Below, in pieces: positions 10,501 to 17,914 of a stretch of DNA of 64,000 nt. The notes under the pieces are model-generated. The model did not search any database. It was not told where the DNA came from and worked only from the letters and a program-made list of their open reading frames with translations. The stretch's first letter is position 1, and the number at the start of each line of letters is the position of its first letter. The stretch comes from Parabacteroides sp. (GTDB taxonomy: Bacteria > Bacteroidota > Bacteroidia > Bacteroidales > Tannerellaceae): the NCBI GenBank assembly GCA_034091205.1, contig JAXDRC010000015.1, positions 15,167 to 79,166 of the forward strand, written 5' to 3'. A program made the position numbers and the translations under genes.

Positions 10501-11143
10501 TCTGTTTGTTAGGGTCAGAATGCATTTTATATGAAGAAGCCTTTCCCGGCAGACCGCTTCCGCTTGATTTGCCCAGTTCTTCCCAAGTCTTACCATCGTT
10601 CGAACCCTGGCAAATAATTTCATAACCTTTATTTGCCTTAGCTGCATCATAAGCAACCGAACCACGCATATAAACCTGGTCAGCCTTCTTGCTGTAATTA
10701 TTCAGAGAGAACAGGAAATAAGTATCCTCGCCAACAGTGATATTACGTGAATAAGGACCTTGGTCAATCATCCATTCACGCTCACGGCGTGGCTTTTCGC
10801 CATCAGGAGTAATCAAATCCAAATACTGTGGTTGCTTGTCTGTGATAACACCATCGGTCACAAGCTGTGCCACAAGATTATAGTCATAACTTGATGACTG
10901 ATACGCCGCACGAAGCAATGCTATATTACGATATGTATCATCCGGTTTCAGCTCAGGAGAAAAATCCTCAGAAGGATTTCCCGGATAATGACCAATACCA
11001 CGAGTGTAGTAATCAGAACGTTCGAAAGATTCAGTCGACGCTCCAGCTCCCGTACAACTCCAGAACATAGCAGCAGTTGCTGTTGCCAGTCCGCATAGAG
11101 TAAGCACACGAGTCAGTTTTTTCGTTTCAATTTTTGCTTTCAT
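7523..11143 (-). CDS. glycoside hydrolase family 2 (beta-mannosidase / exo-beta-glucosaminidase-like clade) with N-terminal F5/8 type C (discoidin) domain
   Basis: About 1206 aa. GH2 sugar-binding, Ig and TIM regions are present (NWKANVYLNGKQVG, GGNWGFSESN, IMIWQDFWLANP). The discoidin-like stretch is WIYVDLGSVSSFDKVVLHW. Start trimmed to MKAKIETKK at 11143. Confidence 0.85.
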   Translation of the reverse strand: MKAKIETKKLTRVLTLCGLATATAAMFWSCTGAGASTESFERSDYYTRGIGHYPGNPSEDFSPELKPDDTYRNIALLRAAYQSSSYDYNLVAQLVTDGVITDKQPQYLDLITPDGEKPRREREWMIDQGPYSRNITVGEDTYFLFSLNNYSKKADQVYMRGSVAYDAAKANKGYEIICQGSNDGKTWEELGKSSGSGLPGKASSYKMHSDPNKQSEKGDLPVRIIDQTISLDKTGDYSYYRICFKMAGAAYWTLMDMNFLYQNDIVEMKPSQFYSSAWMSETDKQEWIYVDLGSVSSFDKVVLHWVNKASKGKIQTSNDAKQWNDVAELPGGESLTDEIAVKGNARYVRVLMEQPAGEGHYVLSEMEVMGKGGLKAQPVAQPAAANGEIVLSGGNWKLQRASEVTAKGEEISTANFNPQNWIVATVPGTVLSSYVNVGAVPNPNYADNQLNISESFFYSNFWYRDEFEVPADFKKERVFLNFDGVNWKANVYLNGKQVGRIEGAFMRGKFDVTDAIVAGKNVVAVEIIKNNHIGAIKEKNKQSTDFNGGILGADNPTFHATIGWDWIPTMRGRNIGIWNDVKLTTTGKVTVADPLVETVLPLPDTTSAKLTAEVIVKNHDAAAVKGVLEGKIGDMVFNQPVELAAGEEKTVVFDADKFEQLNIKNPRLWWPKGYGAPNLYDANFTFKVDDQVSDSKDFKVGLRQMTFNEDNRILNMYINGRRFIGRGGNWGFSESNLNYRAREYDAAVAYHADMNFTIMRNWVGMIGDEELYEACDKYGIMIWQDFWLANPADGPDPYYPEMFIANAEDYVRRIRSHASIGIYCGRNEGFPPETIDKALRRIVKEEHPGLHYIPSSADDVVSGHGPYRMLPAKTYFTLETGNDKFHSERGMPNVLTYEGFQRTYSPEGMWPQSHEWGMHDYTLEGAQGATSFNEIIAKGYGEAQNAKEFTEKAQWVNYDGHRSLFESRSKNRMGLLMWMSHSCWPSMVWQTYDYYFEPTAAYFAIKKASEPLHIQWNPATDEVEVVNYSAGSHKGLTAKVQVLNMDATVAWEKEVNVDSNEDTTNKCIKLEFPQNISKVHFIKMWLIENGKVISDNFYHRSLEENNYQDLNKLEKVKLTSNVTSAKGEDGNWTATVAVENTTKVPALMIRLNVVGDKDGDQFLPIFYSDNYFALLPGEKKEVSIRWKDVDTRGNAPVVKITGFNVE

Positions 11144-11171
11144 TATATATATAAATATTTCTAGTTTCAAC

Positions 11172-11336
11172 TGGATCAACTTTCAGAAAACGAGTTGACA
11201 AGAAAACAAGTTGACAAGGATTATCAGATAATTGTCAGACAATTAAATGCGAATAAATAGTTATCTTACCTTGTCAACTTGTCCCTGTAACCATGTCAAC
11301 TTTTAAGTTGAGCAACTTGCGAAACCCAAGTTAAAT
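11172..11336. repeat. TTGACAAG-family hairpin element (complete copy with right terminal box)
   Basis: CGAGTTGACAAGAAAACAAGTTGACAAGG, then a 49-nt loop, then CCTTGTCAACTTGTCCCTGTAACCATGTCAACTT, then the box TAAGTTGAGCAACTTGCGAAACCCAAGTT. Confidence 0.85.
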
Positions 11337-11451
11337 ATGTTATAATCCACTGATTATTTGTTTCCCATGTTCTGCAAAAATAGCGATAAGAAACGGACTA
11401 TTAAATTATTTAACAAAAAACTTTTACGGTTTTGCTTTTTAGTGGCTCAAT

Positions 11452-11620
11452 TAATATAATTCAAGTTTCGCAAGCTCAACTTATAGATAACAAGTTAACA
11501 AAGGGACAATTCAATAAGATTTTTAGATGACAAATGTAAAGTTACAGTTGTTTGTGACCTTGTCAACTTGTATCTGAAGCCTAGTATACTTTTAAGTTTA
11601 GTTATTTGCTAAACTTAAAT
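11452..11620. repeat. TTGACAAG-family element, degenerate copy with left terminal box
   Basis: Left box AATATAATTCAAGTTTCGCAAGCTCAACTTA is the reverse complement of the 11304 box. Arms are ACAAGTTAACAAAGGGAC and CCTTGTCAACTTGTATCTGAAGCC. A perfect 10-bp hairpin TTAAGTTTAG/CTAAACTTAA lies at 11592-11618. Confidence 0.7.
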
Positions 11621-11630
11621 ATATTATCTT

Positions 11631-11712
11631 CGCCACATCTGTGGCGAAATCAGGTCACAGATGTGATTTAATTAAGTCACAAATGTGGCGAAATCAAACC
11701 ACAGTTGTGGCG
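11631..11712. repeat. array of 4 palindromes phased at exactly 22 bp (CCACA-N3-TGTGG type)
   Basis: The four units are CGCCACATCTGTGGCGAAATCAG, GTCACAGATGTGATTTAATTAA, GTCACAAATGTGGCGAAATCAAA and CCACAGTTGTGGCGAAG. Palindrome centres fall at about 11638.5, 11660.5, 11682.5 and 11704.5. Confidence 0.85.
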
Positions 11713-11737
11713 AAGTTAGTTAAATTACAGATATTCC

Positions 11738-11800
11738 GATCTTGTTTACTTGTATCTGAAACCTTGTTTACTTTAAGTTGAGCAACTTGCGATACTTAAA
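11738..11800. repeat. TTGACAAG-family partial element (right arm plus right terminal box)
   Basis: TCTTGTTTACTTGTATCTGAAACCTTGTTTACTTTAAGTTGAGCAACTTGCGATACTT is a direct repeat of 11556-11600. Confidence 0.7.
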
Positions 11801-11802
11801 GA

Positions 11803-11950
11803 ATATAATTCAAGTTTCATAAACGAAACTTTCAGTTAACGAGTTGACAAGAAAACTAATTGACAAGTTTTTTCAGATGATTAAAAGCGAAGAAACAGCT
11901 ATTCCACCTTGTCAACTTGTCTCTGAAAACTTGTCAACTTATCACCAATT
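11803..11950. repeat. TTGACAAG-family hairpin element (complete copy with left box)
   Basis: AATATAATTCAAGTTTCATAAACGAAACTTTCAG, then ACGAGTTGACAAGAAAACTAATTGACAAG, a loop, then CCTTGTCAACTTGTCTCTGAAAACTTGTCAACTT. Confidence 0.85.
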
Positions 11951-11951
11951 C

Positions 11952-11982
11952 CTTGTCAATACAATTTTTTTAATTAGCTTTG
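11952..11982 (+). promoter_or_regulatory. candidate Bacteroidetes-type promoter for the GH3 gene
   Basis: Exact TAnnTTTG box TAGCTTTG at 11975-11982. A TTG at 11953-11955, 19 nt upstream, is supplied by a trailing CCTTGTCAAT repeat word. Confidence 0.4.
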
Positions 11983-12076
11983 TACCAAACAAATATATCT
12001 ATTTTCCGAGAGTAGCTTAGTATATAATATACAATAAGCCTTATTGTAGAAACAACAAGAATTAAAGTCTAATAAT

Positions 12077-14683
12077 ATGAAAATGAAACATCTAACCGTA
12101 GCCGCTTTCACAGCGCTACTGATGGTATCTTGCGACAACAACAAGCAAGATTATCCTTTTAGAAATCCGGACCTCTCCACAGAAGAAAGAGTCCGGGATT
12201 TGCTCAACCGACTGACACCGGAAGAAAAAATCGGCCAAATGATGAACCAGACACCGGCAATCGAAAGACTCGGTATTCCGGAATACGACTGGTGGAACGA
12301 AGCCCTGCATGGAGTTGCGCGCGCAGGAAAAGCAACAGTTTTCCCTCAGGCAATTGCCCTGGCTGCCACATTCAACGATTCTGATGTGTATGAAAGCTTC
12401 GATATAATCAGCGACGAAGCCCGCGCGAAATACCACCAATATCAGAAAGACAAAGAATACGACAGATACAAAGGCCTTACTTTCTGGACTCCTAATATCA
12501 ACATATTCCGTGATCCACGCTGGGGCCGCGGTATGGAAACCTATGGAGAAGACCCATATCTTACATCACGCATGGGTGTTGCCGTAGTAAAAGGTCTGCA
12601 AGGCAATGACCCGAAATATTTCAAGACTCACGCCTGCGCAAAGCACTATGCCGTTCACAGCGGTCCGGAATGGAACAGACACGAATATAATGCCGAAGCC
12701 ACTCCACGCGACCTGTGGACAACCTATCTGCCTGCCTTCGAAGCCTTGGTAAAAGAAGCCGATGTTCAGGAAGTGATGTGTGCCTACAACCGTTTTGAAG
12801 GAAAACCTTGCTGCAGCAGCGACAAACTTCTGATTGACATCCTGAGAAACGGATGGGGCTATGAAGATATTATCCTTTCCGACTGCGGTGCCATAGATGA
12901 TTTCTGGCAGAAAGACAAAAATACTCCCCGACACGAAACTCACCCTGATGCAGAAAGCGCTTCTGCCGACGCTGTATTGAGCGGCACAGACCTTGAGTGT
13001 GGCGGCAGCTACCGCTCATTGATAAAAGCCCTTGAAGACGGAAAAATCCAGGAAAAAGACTTGGTTGTTTCATTGACTCGCCTGCTTAAAGGAAGATTCG
13101 AACTCGGTATGTTCGACCCGGACGAAAGAGTTCCTTTCTCAAAAATTCCATACAGCGTTGTGGAAAGCAAGGAACACGTGGCAAAAGCATTGGACATGGC
13201 AAGACAAAGTATGGTGCTGCTCAAGAACAAAAACAACACTCTCCCATTGAGCAAGAATCTTAAGAAAATCGCCGTAGTCGGTCCTAATGCCGCAGATTCA
13301 ACTATGCTTTGGGCAAACTACAACGGATTCCCGACAAAAACTACAACAATTATTGAAGGAATCAGAAATAAAATGCCTAATGCCGAAGTAGTTTACGAAC
13401 TTGGCTGTAACCACACCGCCAACTTCGTGATGGAAGATTTGGTAAACAACATCACAAGCGAAAACGGCGAAGGTCTGAAATCTGAATTCTACAACAACAC
13501 AGAATTCAACGGCACTCCGGTATATACAGGTCTTGCAAAAGAACTTCACTACACAACCGGCGGCAACACACAGTTTGCTCCAAACGTAAATCTGACAGAT
13601 TTCTCGGCAAGATTTACAGGAACATTCAAATCACCGGTAAGCGGAGATGTAGAATTCTCAATTTCGGGCAACGACGGATTCCGCCTGTTCATCGGAGATG
13701 AAAAAGTTGCAGAAGTTTGGGGCAACGAATACGGCGCATCAAAATCTTATATCCTTAAAGCAGAAGAAGGAAAAGAATATCCTGTCAAAATAGAATATAT
13801 GCAGAAAAAAGGTTCTGCAGATTTGAATTTCTCTGTTGCCGTCCGTAAAGATGTAGACTATGCAGCCACAGCAGATAAAGTAAAAGACGCAGACGTGATT
13901 ATCTTCGTCGGCGGTATTTCCCCACGTCTCGAAGGCGAAGAAATGCCTGTTGACGCTGAAGGATTCAAGAAAGGCGACCGTCTGAACATTGAGATTCCGA
14001 AAGTTCAGCGTGAAATGGTGAAAGCTCTGAAAGCAACTGGAAAGCCGGTTGTTTACGTTGTCTGCACCGGCAGTGCCCTGGCTTTGAACTGGGAAAATGA
14101 CAATCTTGACGCAATCCTCAACGCTTGGTATGGCGGTCAGGAAGGCGGAACTGCTGTCGCAGATATTCTGTTCGGCGATTACAACCCTGGCGGAAGACTT
14201 CCTGTCACTTTCTACAAGTCAGCAGACCAGTTGCCGGACTTCGAAGATTACAGCATGAAGGGCCGCACATACAGATATTTCACTCAAGAGCCTTTGTATC
14301 CTTTCGGTTATGGTTTGAGTTATACAAACTTCGACTACAAGAATGCGAAACTTTCTGCCAACCATATTTCAAAAGATCAGTCTGTAACCATCACATTCGA
14401 CATCACCAACACAGGTAAATTGGATGGCGACGAAGTTGCTCAGATTTATATCAAGAACCCTAACGACCCTGAAGCACCAATCAAGTCATTACAGGGATTC
14501 AAGAGGGTTCATATCAAAGCCGGCGAAACTCAAAGCTTGAGCTTCACTCTTGAGCCGAAAGCTTTCTGGTCATTCAACGACGCTACTCAGGTTATGGAAG
14601 TAAGAAATGGCAAATACCAGATTCTTTACGGTAAATCTTCTGCTGACAAGGATTTGAAATCTTTGACTGTGGAGATAAAATAA
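12077..14683 (+). CDS. glycoside hydrolase family 3 beta-glucosidase/beta-xylosidase with inserted PA14 domain
   Basis: 868 aa with GH3 motifs RDPRWGRGMETYGEDP and the nucleophile region IILSDCGAIDD. The PA14-like insert is FSARFTGTFKSPVSGDVEFSISGNDGFRLFIGDEKV. A lipoprotein signal (SC) is present. Confidence 0.9.
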   Translation: MKMKHLTVAAFTALLMVSCDNNKQDYPFRNPDLSTEERVRDLLNRLTPEEKIGQMMNQTPAIERLGIPEYDWWNEALHGVARAGKATVFPQAIALAATFNDSDVYESFDIISDEARAKYHQYQKDKEYDRYKGLTFWTPNINIFRDPRWGRGMETYGEDPYLTSRMGVAVVKGLQGNDPKYFKTHACAKHYAVHSGPEWNRHEYNAEATPRDLWTTYLPAFEALVKEADVQEVMCAYNRFEGKPCCSSDKLLIDILRNGWGYEDIILSDCGAIDDFWQKDKNTPRHETHPDAESASADAVLSGTDLECGGSYRSLIKALEDGKIQEKDLVVSLTRLLKGRFELGMFDPDERVPFSKIPYSVVESKEHVAKALDMARQSMVLLKNKNNTLPLSKNLKKIAVVGPNAADSTMLWANYNGFPTKTTTIIEGIRNKMPNAEVVYELGCNHTANFVMEDLVNNITSENGEGLKSEFYNNTEFNGTPVYTGLAKELHYTTGGNTQFAPNVNLTDFSARFTGTFKSPVSGDVEFSISGNDGFRLFIGDEKVAEVWGNEYGASKSYILKAEEGKEYPVKIEYMQKKGSADLNFSVAVRKDVDYAATADKVKDADVIIFVGGISPRLEGEEMPVDAEGFKKGDRLNIEIPKVQREMVKALKATGKPVVYVVCTGSALALNWENDNLDAILNAWYGGQEGGTAVADILFGDYNPGGRLPVTFYKSADQLPDFEDYSMKGRTYRYFTQEPLYPFGYGLSYTNFDYKNAKLSANHISKDQSVTITFDITNTGKLDGDEVAQIYIKNPNDPEAPIKSLQGFKRVHIKAGETQSLSFTLEPKAFWSFNDATQVMEVRNGKYQILYGKSSADKDLKSLTVEIK

Positions 14684-14701
14684 ACTAAATGATTCACCAG
14701 A

Positions 14702-14814
14702 ATCAACTTTTAGTTGACAAGAAAATAAGTTGACAAGAAATATCAAATAATTAAGCACAAAGTATTAACTATTTGACCTTGTCAACTTGTTTTATTAAGC
14801 CTGTAAACTTTTAG
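14702..14814. repeat. TTGACAAG-family hairpin element
   Basis: ATCAACTTTTAGTTGACAAGAAAATAAGTTGACAAG, a loop, then CCTTGTCAACTTGTTTTATTAAGCCTGTAAACTTTTAG. It aligns along its length with 11175-11305. Confidence 0.85.
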
Positions 14815-14887
14815 GATAAAAAATAAACTCTTGCAGTAAGACTGATATATATTCGCAACATTGTCATATTTATTTTACACAGGAACA

Positions 14888-15163
14888 CTACATATCAAAA
14901 AGCCTTTCCAACTCCTTCTCTGTAACTTTCAGGACACTTCCATGTCTGATTCCTTCAGGCATTTTCAGCTTATCTGAGATTTCATTCCAGTTTTTCAGGT
15001 CAGAAGATTCAATTACGCCAAAGCAGCCTTCTGTGTATTTGTCGAAATAGACATAATATTTAGAACCTAAATCAAGCAAGGTTGGTCCTTCTGCCCAATA
15101 AATCTGGTTGCCGGAACAAGCGGCTAATAAAAATATTTGCAATAGAATTATTATGTGTTTCAT
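14888..15163 (-). CDS. 91-aa lipoprotein consisting of a signal peptide fused to a GH43-like C-terminal blade (possible gene remnant)
   Basis: MKHIIILLQIFLLAACSGNQ is followed directly by IYWAEGPTLLDLGSKYYVYFD...SSDLKNWNE...GIRHGSVLKV, which resembles the last part of a GH43 propeller. Start trimmed to 15163 so that it does not run into the repeat. Confidence 0.45.
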   Translation of the reverse strand: MKHIIILLQIFLLAACSGNQIYWAEGPTLLDLGSKYYVYFDKYTEGCFGVIESSDLKNWNEISDKLKMPEGIRHGSVLKVTEKELERLFDM

Positions 15164-15191
15164 AGATTTATGCGTATGATTATGTTTAGAG

Positions 15192-15306
15192 GACAAGGGA
15201 ACGAGTTGATACTAGTTGACAAGTTGACAAGGCTTCAGGTAAAAAGAAATTTCTACTTGACTTCTTGACTACTTAACTTCTTGTTCCTAAAACCTTGTCA
15301 ACTTAA
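15192..15306. repeat. TTGACAAG-family hairpin element
   Basis: GGACAAGGGAACGAGTTGATACTAGTTGACAAGTTGACAAGG, a loop, then CTACTTGACTTCTTGACTACTTAACTTCTTGTTCCTAAAACCTTGTCAACTT. Confidence 0.85.
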
Positions 15307-15320
15307 AGTTATCTTCCATC

Positions 15321-17171
15321 CTACAACACCGGCAACAAATATTTCCATATCAGATTTATTTCTGCCTGCATATCACCGATATTTGCCGTAGTGACAATAA
15401 CCGCATCCTTTTCAGGAAGCACAATTATATACTGTCCGTTGGCACCATCCGCCCTGAATGCATTATTGCGGCAACGCCACATCTGATAGCCATAGCCTTG
15501 CAGCCAGTCACTGTTGCGTTTGCTCAAACCTTTTGACTTCAATTCTTCCGGACGAACACCGGCAGGATAAGACTCAACCAAAGCTGATGTAGCAACATCA
15601 AACCAAGTTTCGGGCAGAAGCTGTTTTCCGTTCCACTGTCCTTTCTGCAAGATGAACTGTCCCATCTTTGCCATATCTTCAGTGCGGATATATAATCCCC
15701 ATCCTCCACAGTTGATTCCCTGAGGACTTTCTTCCCAGTTCAGACCAACAATGCCAAGCGGACGGAACAGGTGCGGATAAAGATATTCAACAAGAGTCTG
15801 ACCGGTTACTTTCTGTATTATTGCAGAAAGCATATAGGTTCCCAGGCTGTTGTAGCAGTAAAATGTTCCCGGTTCGTGCTCGAACGGAGCTGAAAGGAAA
15901 GCCTTGACCCAGTCGGCATTTTCGGATTTACGGACCAGACTTGTCGGGTCTGTGTCATGTCCGCCTGTCATAGTCAGCAAATGGCGGATTTCAAGTTTCT
16001 CAAGATTCGGGCTGACGGTTGAAGGAAGTTTATCCGGGAAGAAAGATATAACCTTGTCTGTTTCCTTCAAAAGACCTTCGGAAACGGCAAAGCCTATAGC
16101 TGTTGCTGTGAATGTTTTACTGACGGAATTCATCACATGAGGCTTGTTCCACTCTCCTTCACTCATCCATTTTTCAGTGATAACCTTTCCGTGCTGAAGT
16201 ATCATCAAGCTATGCAAGTCCTGATTTTCTTTCTGAACGGCTTTAAGATATTTATCCACTGCCTTTGTCACTTTTGGAGAAGCTTCGGCACGAGGAAGTG
16301 ATTTGGTCAAATCGTTATAGCTGATCAGACGTATTCCTTTTTCTTTTATCACATCTTTTACCTTCTGACTGGTGAAAAGATTGGTAACACCCTGACGGTC
16401 CTCGGCAACATTTTCATATCCGATGTGTCCGACGGTCTGCATTTCTTCGTTGTCCAGCGCCGGATGGTCGATAAACATATAATTCTTTCCCGGCTCCAGT
16501 TTGTCCAGACGGCTGATAAAGCTTTTCTCCTTTTCTTCAGACGTTTTGCTTGGTCCGTCATATCCTGCATATGAGAAGTTATATTCTTTCATGGAATCAG
16601 TTCTGTCCACAGCCGGAAGATTATATTCCTTTGCAAGACGTTTGACGAGAGCATTTACTTCGGGAGAAAATCCTGTTGCGCCCATATGTCCGGAAATATG
16701 GCTGATTTGCGGAATATTCTTCAAAGCCAACTCTATCTGTGCTCTGAATTCCTGTTCTATTTCATCTATGTTCCATTTATTCTCAGTAATTGCCAATCCG
16801 GGATAGTTAGGATTCTTTCCCATCATCGGGAAGAAATATCCATTGCTATCAACCAGGCTCGGGCAGTTAGTGAGCGGCCGCCATTTGATATTATCCCATT
16901 CACTTGTGATGGCAAGGTGCAAGCCGACATCAATTCCGGGATTTTCCCTCAGCATACGTGCTGCCTCCGGGAACCAGGGAGTGACAACCATAACTTCGAT
17001 TGAGGTTTCTATTCCGTTTTTGTAACCTTCCATACAAGCTATGTTGGCTGAACGGAATGACCCCATATCATCTGCCCTTATAATCAGATTTGCTCCATTC
17101 TTCTGAGCAAAGGCAGAGAATGCTGAAAAAGCACACATAAATGCAGTTCCTAATAAAATATGTTTTTTCAT
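15321..17171 (-). CDS. fusion protein: YdjC/ChbG-family carbohydrate deacetylase (N-terminal) plus serine hydrolase/beta-lactamase-family domain (C-terminal)
   Basis: The N-terminal part has a signal peptide, then NLIIRADDMGSFRSAN and VGLHLAITSEWD (YdjC-like). The C-terminal part has the SxxK motif in HVMNSVSKTFTATAIGFAV. Confidence 0.75.
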   Translation of the reverse strand: MKKHILLGTAFMCAFSAFSAFAQKNGANLIIRADDMGSFRSANIACMEGYKNGIETSIEVMVVTPWFPEAARMLRENPGIDVGLHLAITSEWDNIKWRPLTNCPSLVDSNGYFFPMMGKNPNYPGLAITENKWNIDEIEQEFRAQIELALKNIPQISHISGHMGATGFSPEVNALVKRLAKEYNLPAVDRTDSMKEYNFSYAGYDGPSKTSEEKEKSFISRLDKLEPGKNYMFIDHPALDNEEMQTVGHIGYENVAEDRQGVTNLFTSQKVKDVIKEKGIRLISYNDLTKSLPRAEASPKVTKAVDKYLKAVQKENQDLHSLMILQHGKVITEKWMSEGEWNKPHVMNSVSKTFTATAIGFAVSEGLLKETDKVISFFPDKLPSTVSPNLEKLEIRHLLTMTGGHDTDPTSLVRKSENADWVKAFLSAPFEHEPGTFYCYNSLGTYMLSAIIQKVTGQTLVEYLYPHLFRPLGIVGLNWEESPQGINCGGWGLYIRTEDMAKMGQFILQKGQWNGKQLLPETWFDVATSALVESYPAGVRPEELKSKGLSKRNSDWLQGYGYQMWRCRNNAFRADGANGQYIIVLPEKDAVIVTTANIGDMQAEINLIWKYLLPVL

Positions 17172-17259
17172 GATATTTAAGACTAAAGTTTACACTTATA
17201 ATTGACTATAAAAATATATCAATCATATTATACATGCAATATATACATAAAATAAAAAA

Positions 17260-17292
17260 GAGGCCGCCCCCAATAAAATTTGAGACGACCTC
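17260..17292 (-). terminator. candidate intrinsic terminator after lutC
   Basis: The minus-strand RNA is GAGGUCG..(19 nt)..CGGCCUC followed by UUUUUUAUUUU. The stem is 7 bp including one G-U pair. Confidence 0.45.
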
Positions 17293-17320
17293 GATTTATC
17301 AAGTTCTTTATTTAATCCAA

Positions 17321-17908
17321 TCAGAACAGAAGAACTGTCAATTCACGGGCACCGTGTGCTCCCATAACCAATGCCTGTTCAATATCTGCCGTCTTTGAAG
17401 GACCGGAAATAAATACGCCATAACCATATTCACCTGTATCTATTTTCTGATAAGCTTCGTGCATATTATTGACCAGTTTTTCACGGTCGAGCAATATAAT
17501 CAGTGCTTCGGAAATAAAATATACGGCACGCTGCTCAACGTCCTGTTCAATCCAAACGGCTCCGTTTTCACATACTCCGATGTGTCCACGCACTACAGCC
17601 AAATCTGTTCCGTCCAGCTCAGCAGAAGAAGCCACATCGTCCGGATGGAAAGTCGCACAAGTAATCTCTTTCAGATTTGAAGCAATACGCTTGGCTTCCG
17701 GATATAATCCACGAATCAAAGCATTCACATCTTCTCCGGCTTTCACTTCTACTACATGTCCGCCTACTTCGCCAACGACTTTACAAAACTGTGCTACCGG
17801 ATCAGCATAGGTAATTGCTTCTTTTTCCAGTGATGACAAATCAGGTTTATCATAACGAATCCTTGTATTACGACGGATATTCTGTAATATATCTTCTCTA
17901 CTACTCAT
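17321..17908 (-). CDS. lutC: lactate utilization protein C (LUD domain)
   Basis: 195 aa, last gene of a lutA-lutB-lutC arrangement, with an LUD-domain-like sequence. Confidence 0.8.
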   Translation of the reverse strand: MSSREDILQNIRRNTRIRYDKPDLSSLEKEAITYADPVAQFCKVVGEVGGHVVEVKAGEDVNALIRGLYPEAKRIASNLKEITCATFHPDDVASSAELDGTDLAVVRGHIGVCENGAVWIEQDVEQRAVYFISEALIILLDREKLVNNMHEAYQKIDTGEYGYGVFISGPSKTADIEQALVMGAHGARELTVLLF

Positions 17909-17914
17909 GGATAC

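Noticed and set aside
11172-11336. Hairpin elements as phase-variable invertible promoters (inverted repeats flanking a switchable segment)
   Set aside because: The loops are only about 20-65 bp and are not conserved. No TAnnTTTG promoter box is seen inside them, and no site-specific recombinase gene is present in the window.
11631-11712. CRISPR array (also considered for 32917-32992)
   Set aside because: The units are contiguous 22-bp bricks with no unique spacers. There are only 4 units, the repeat is itself a short palindrome, and no cas genes are in the window.
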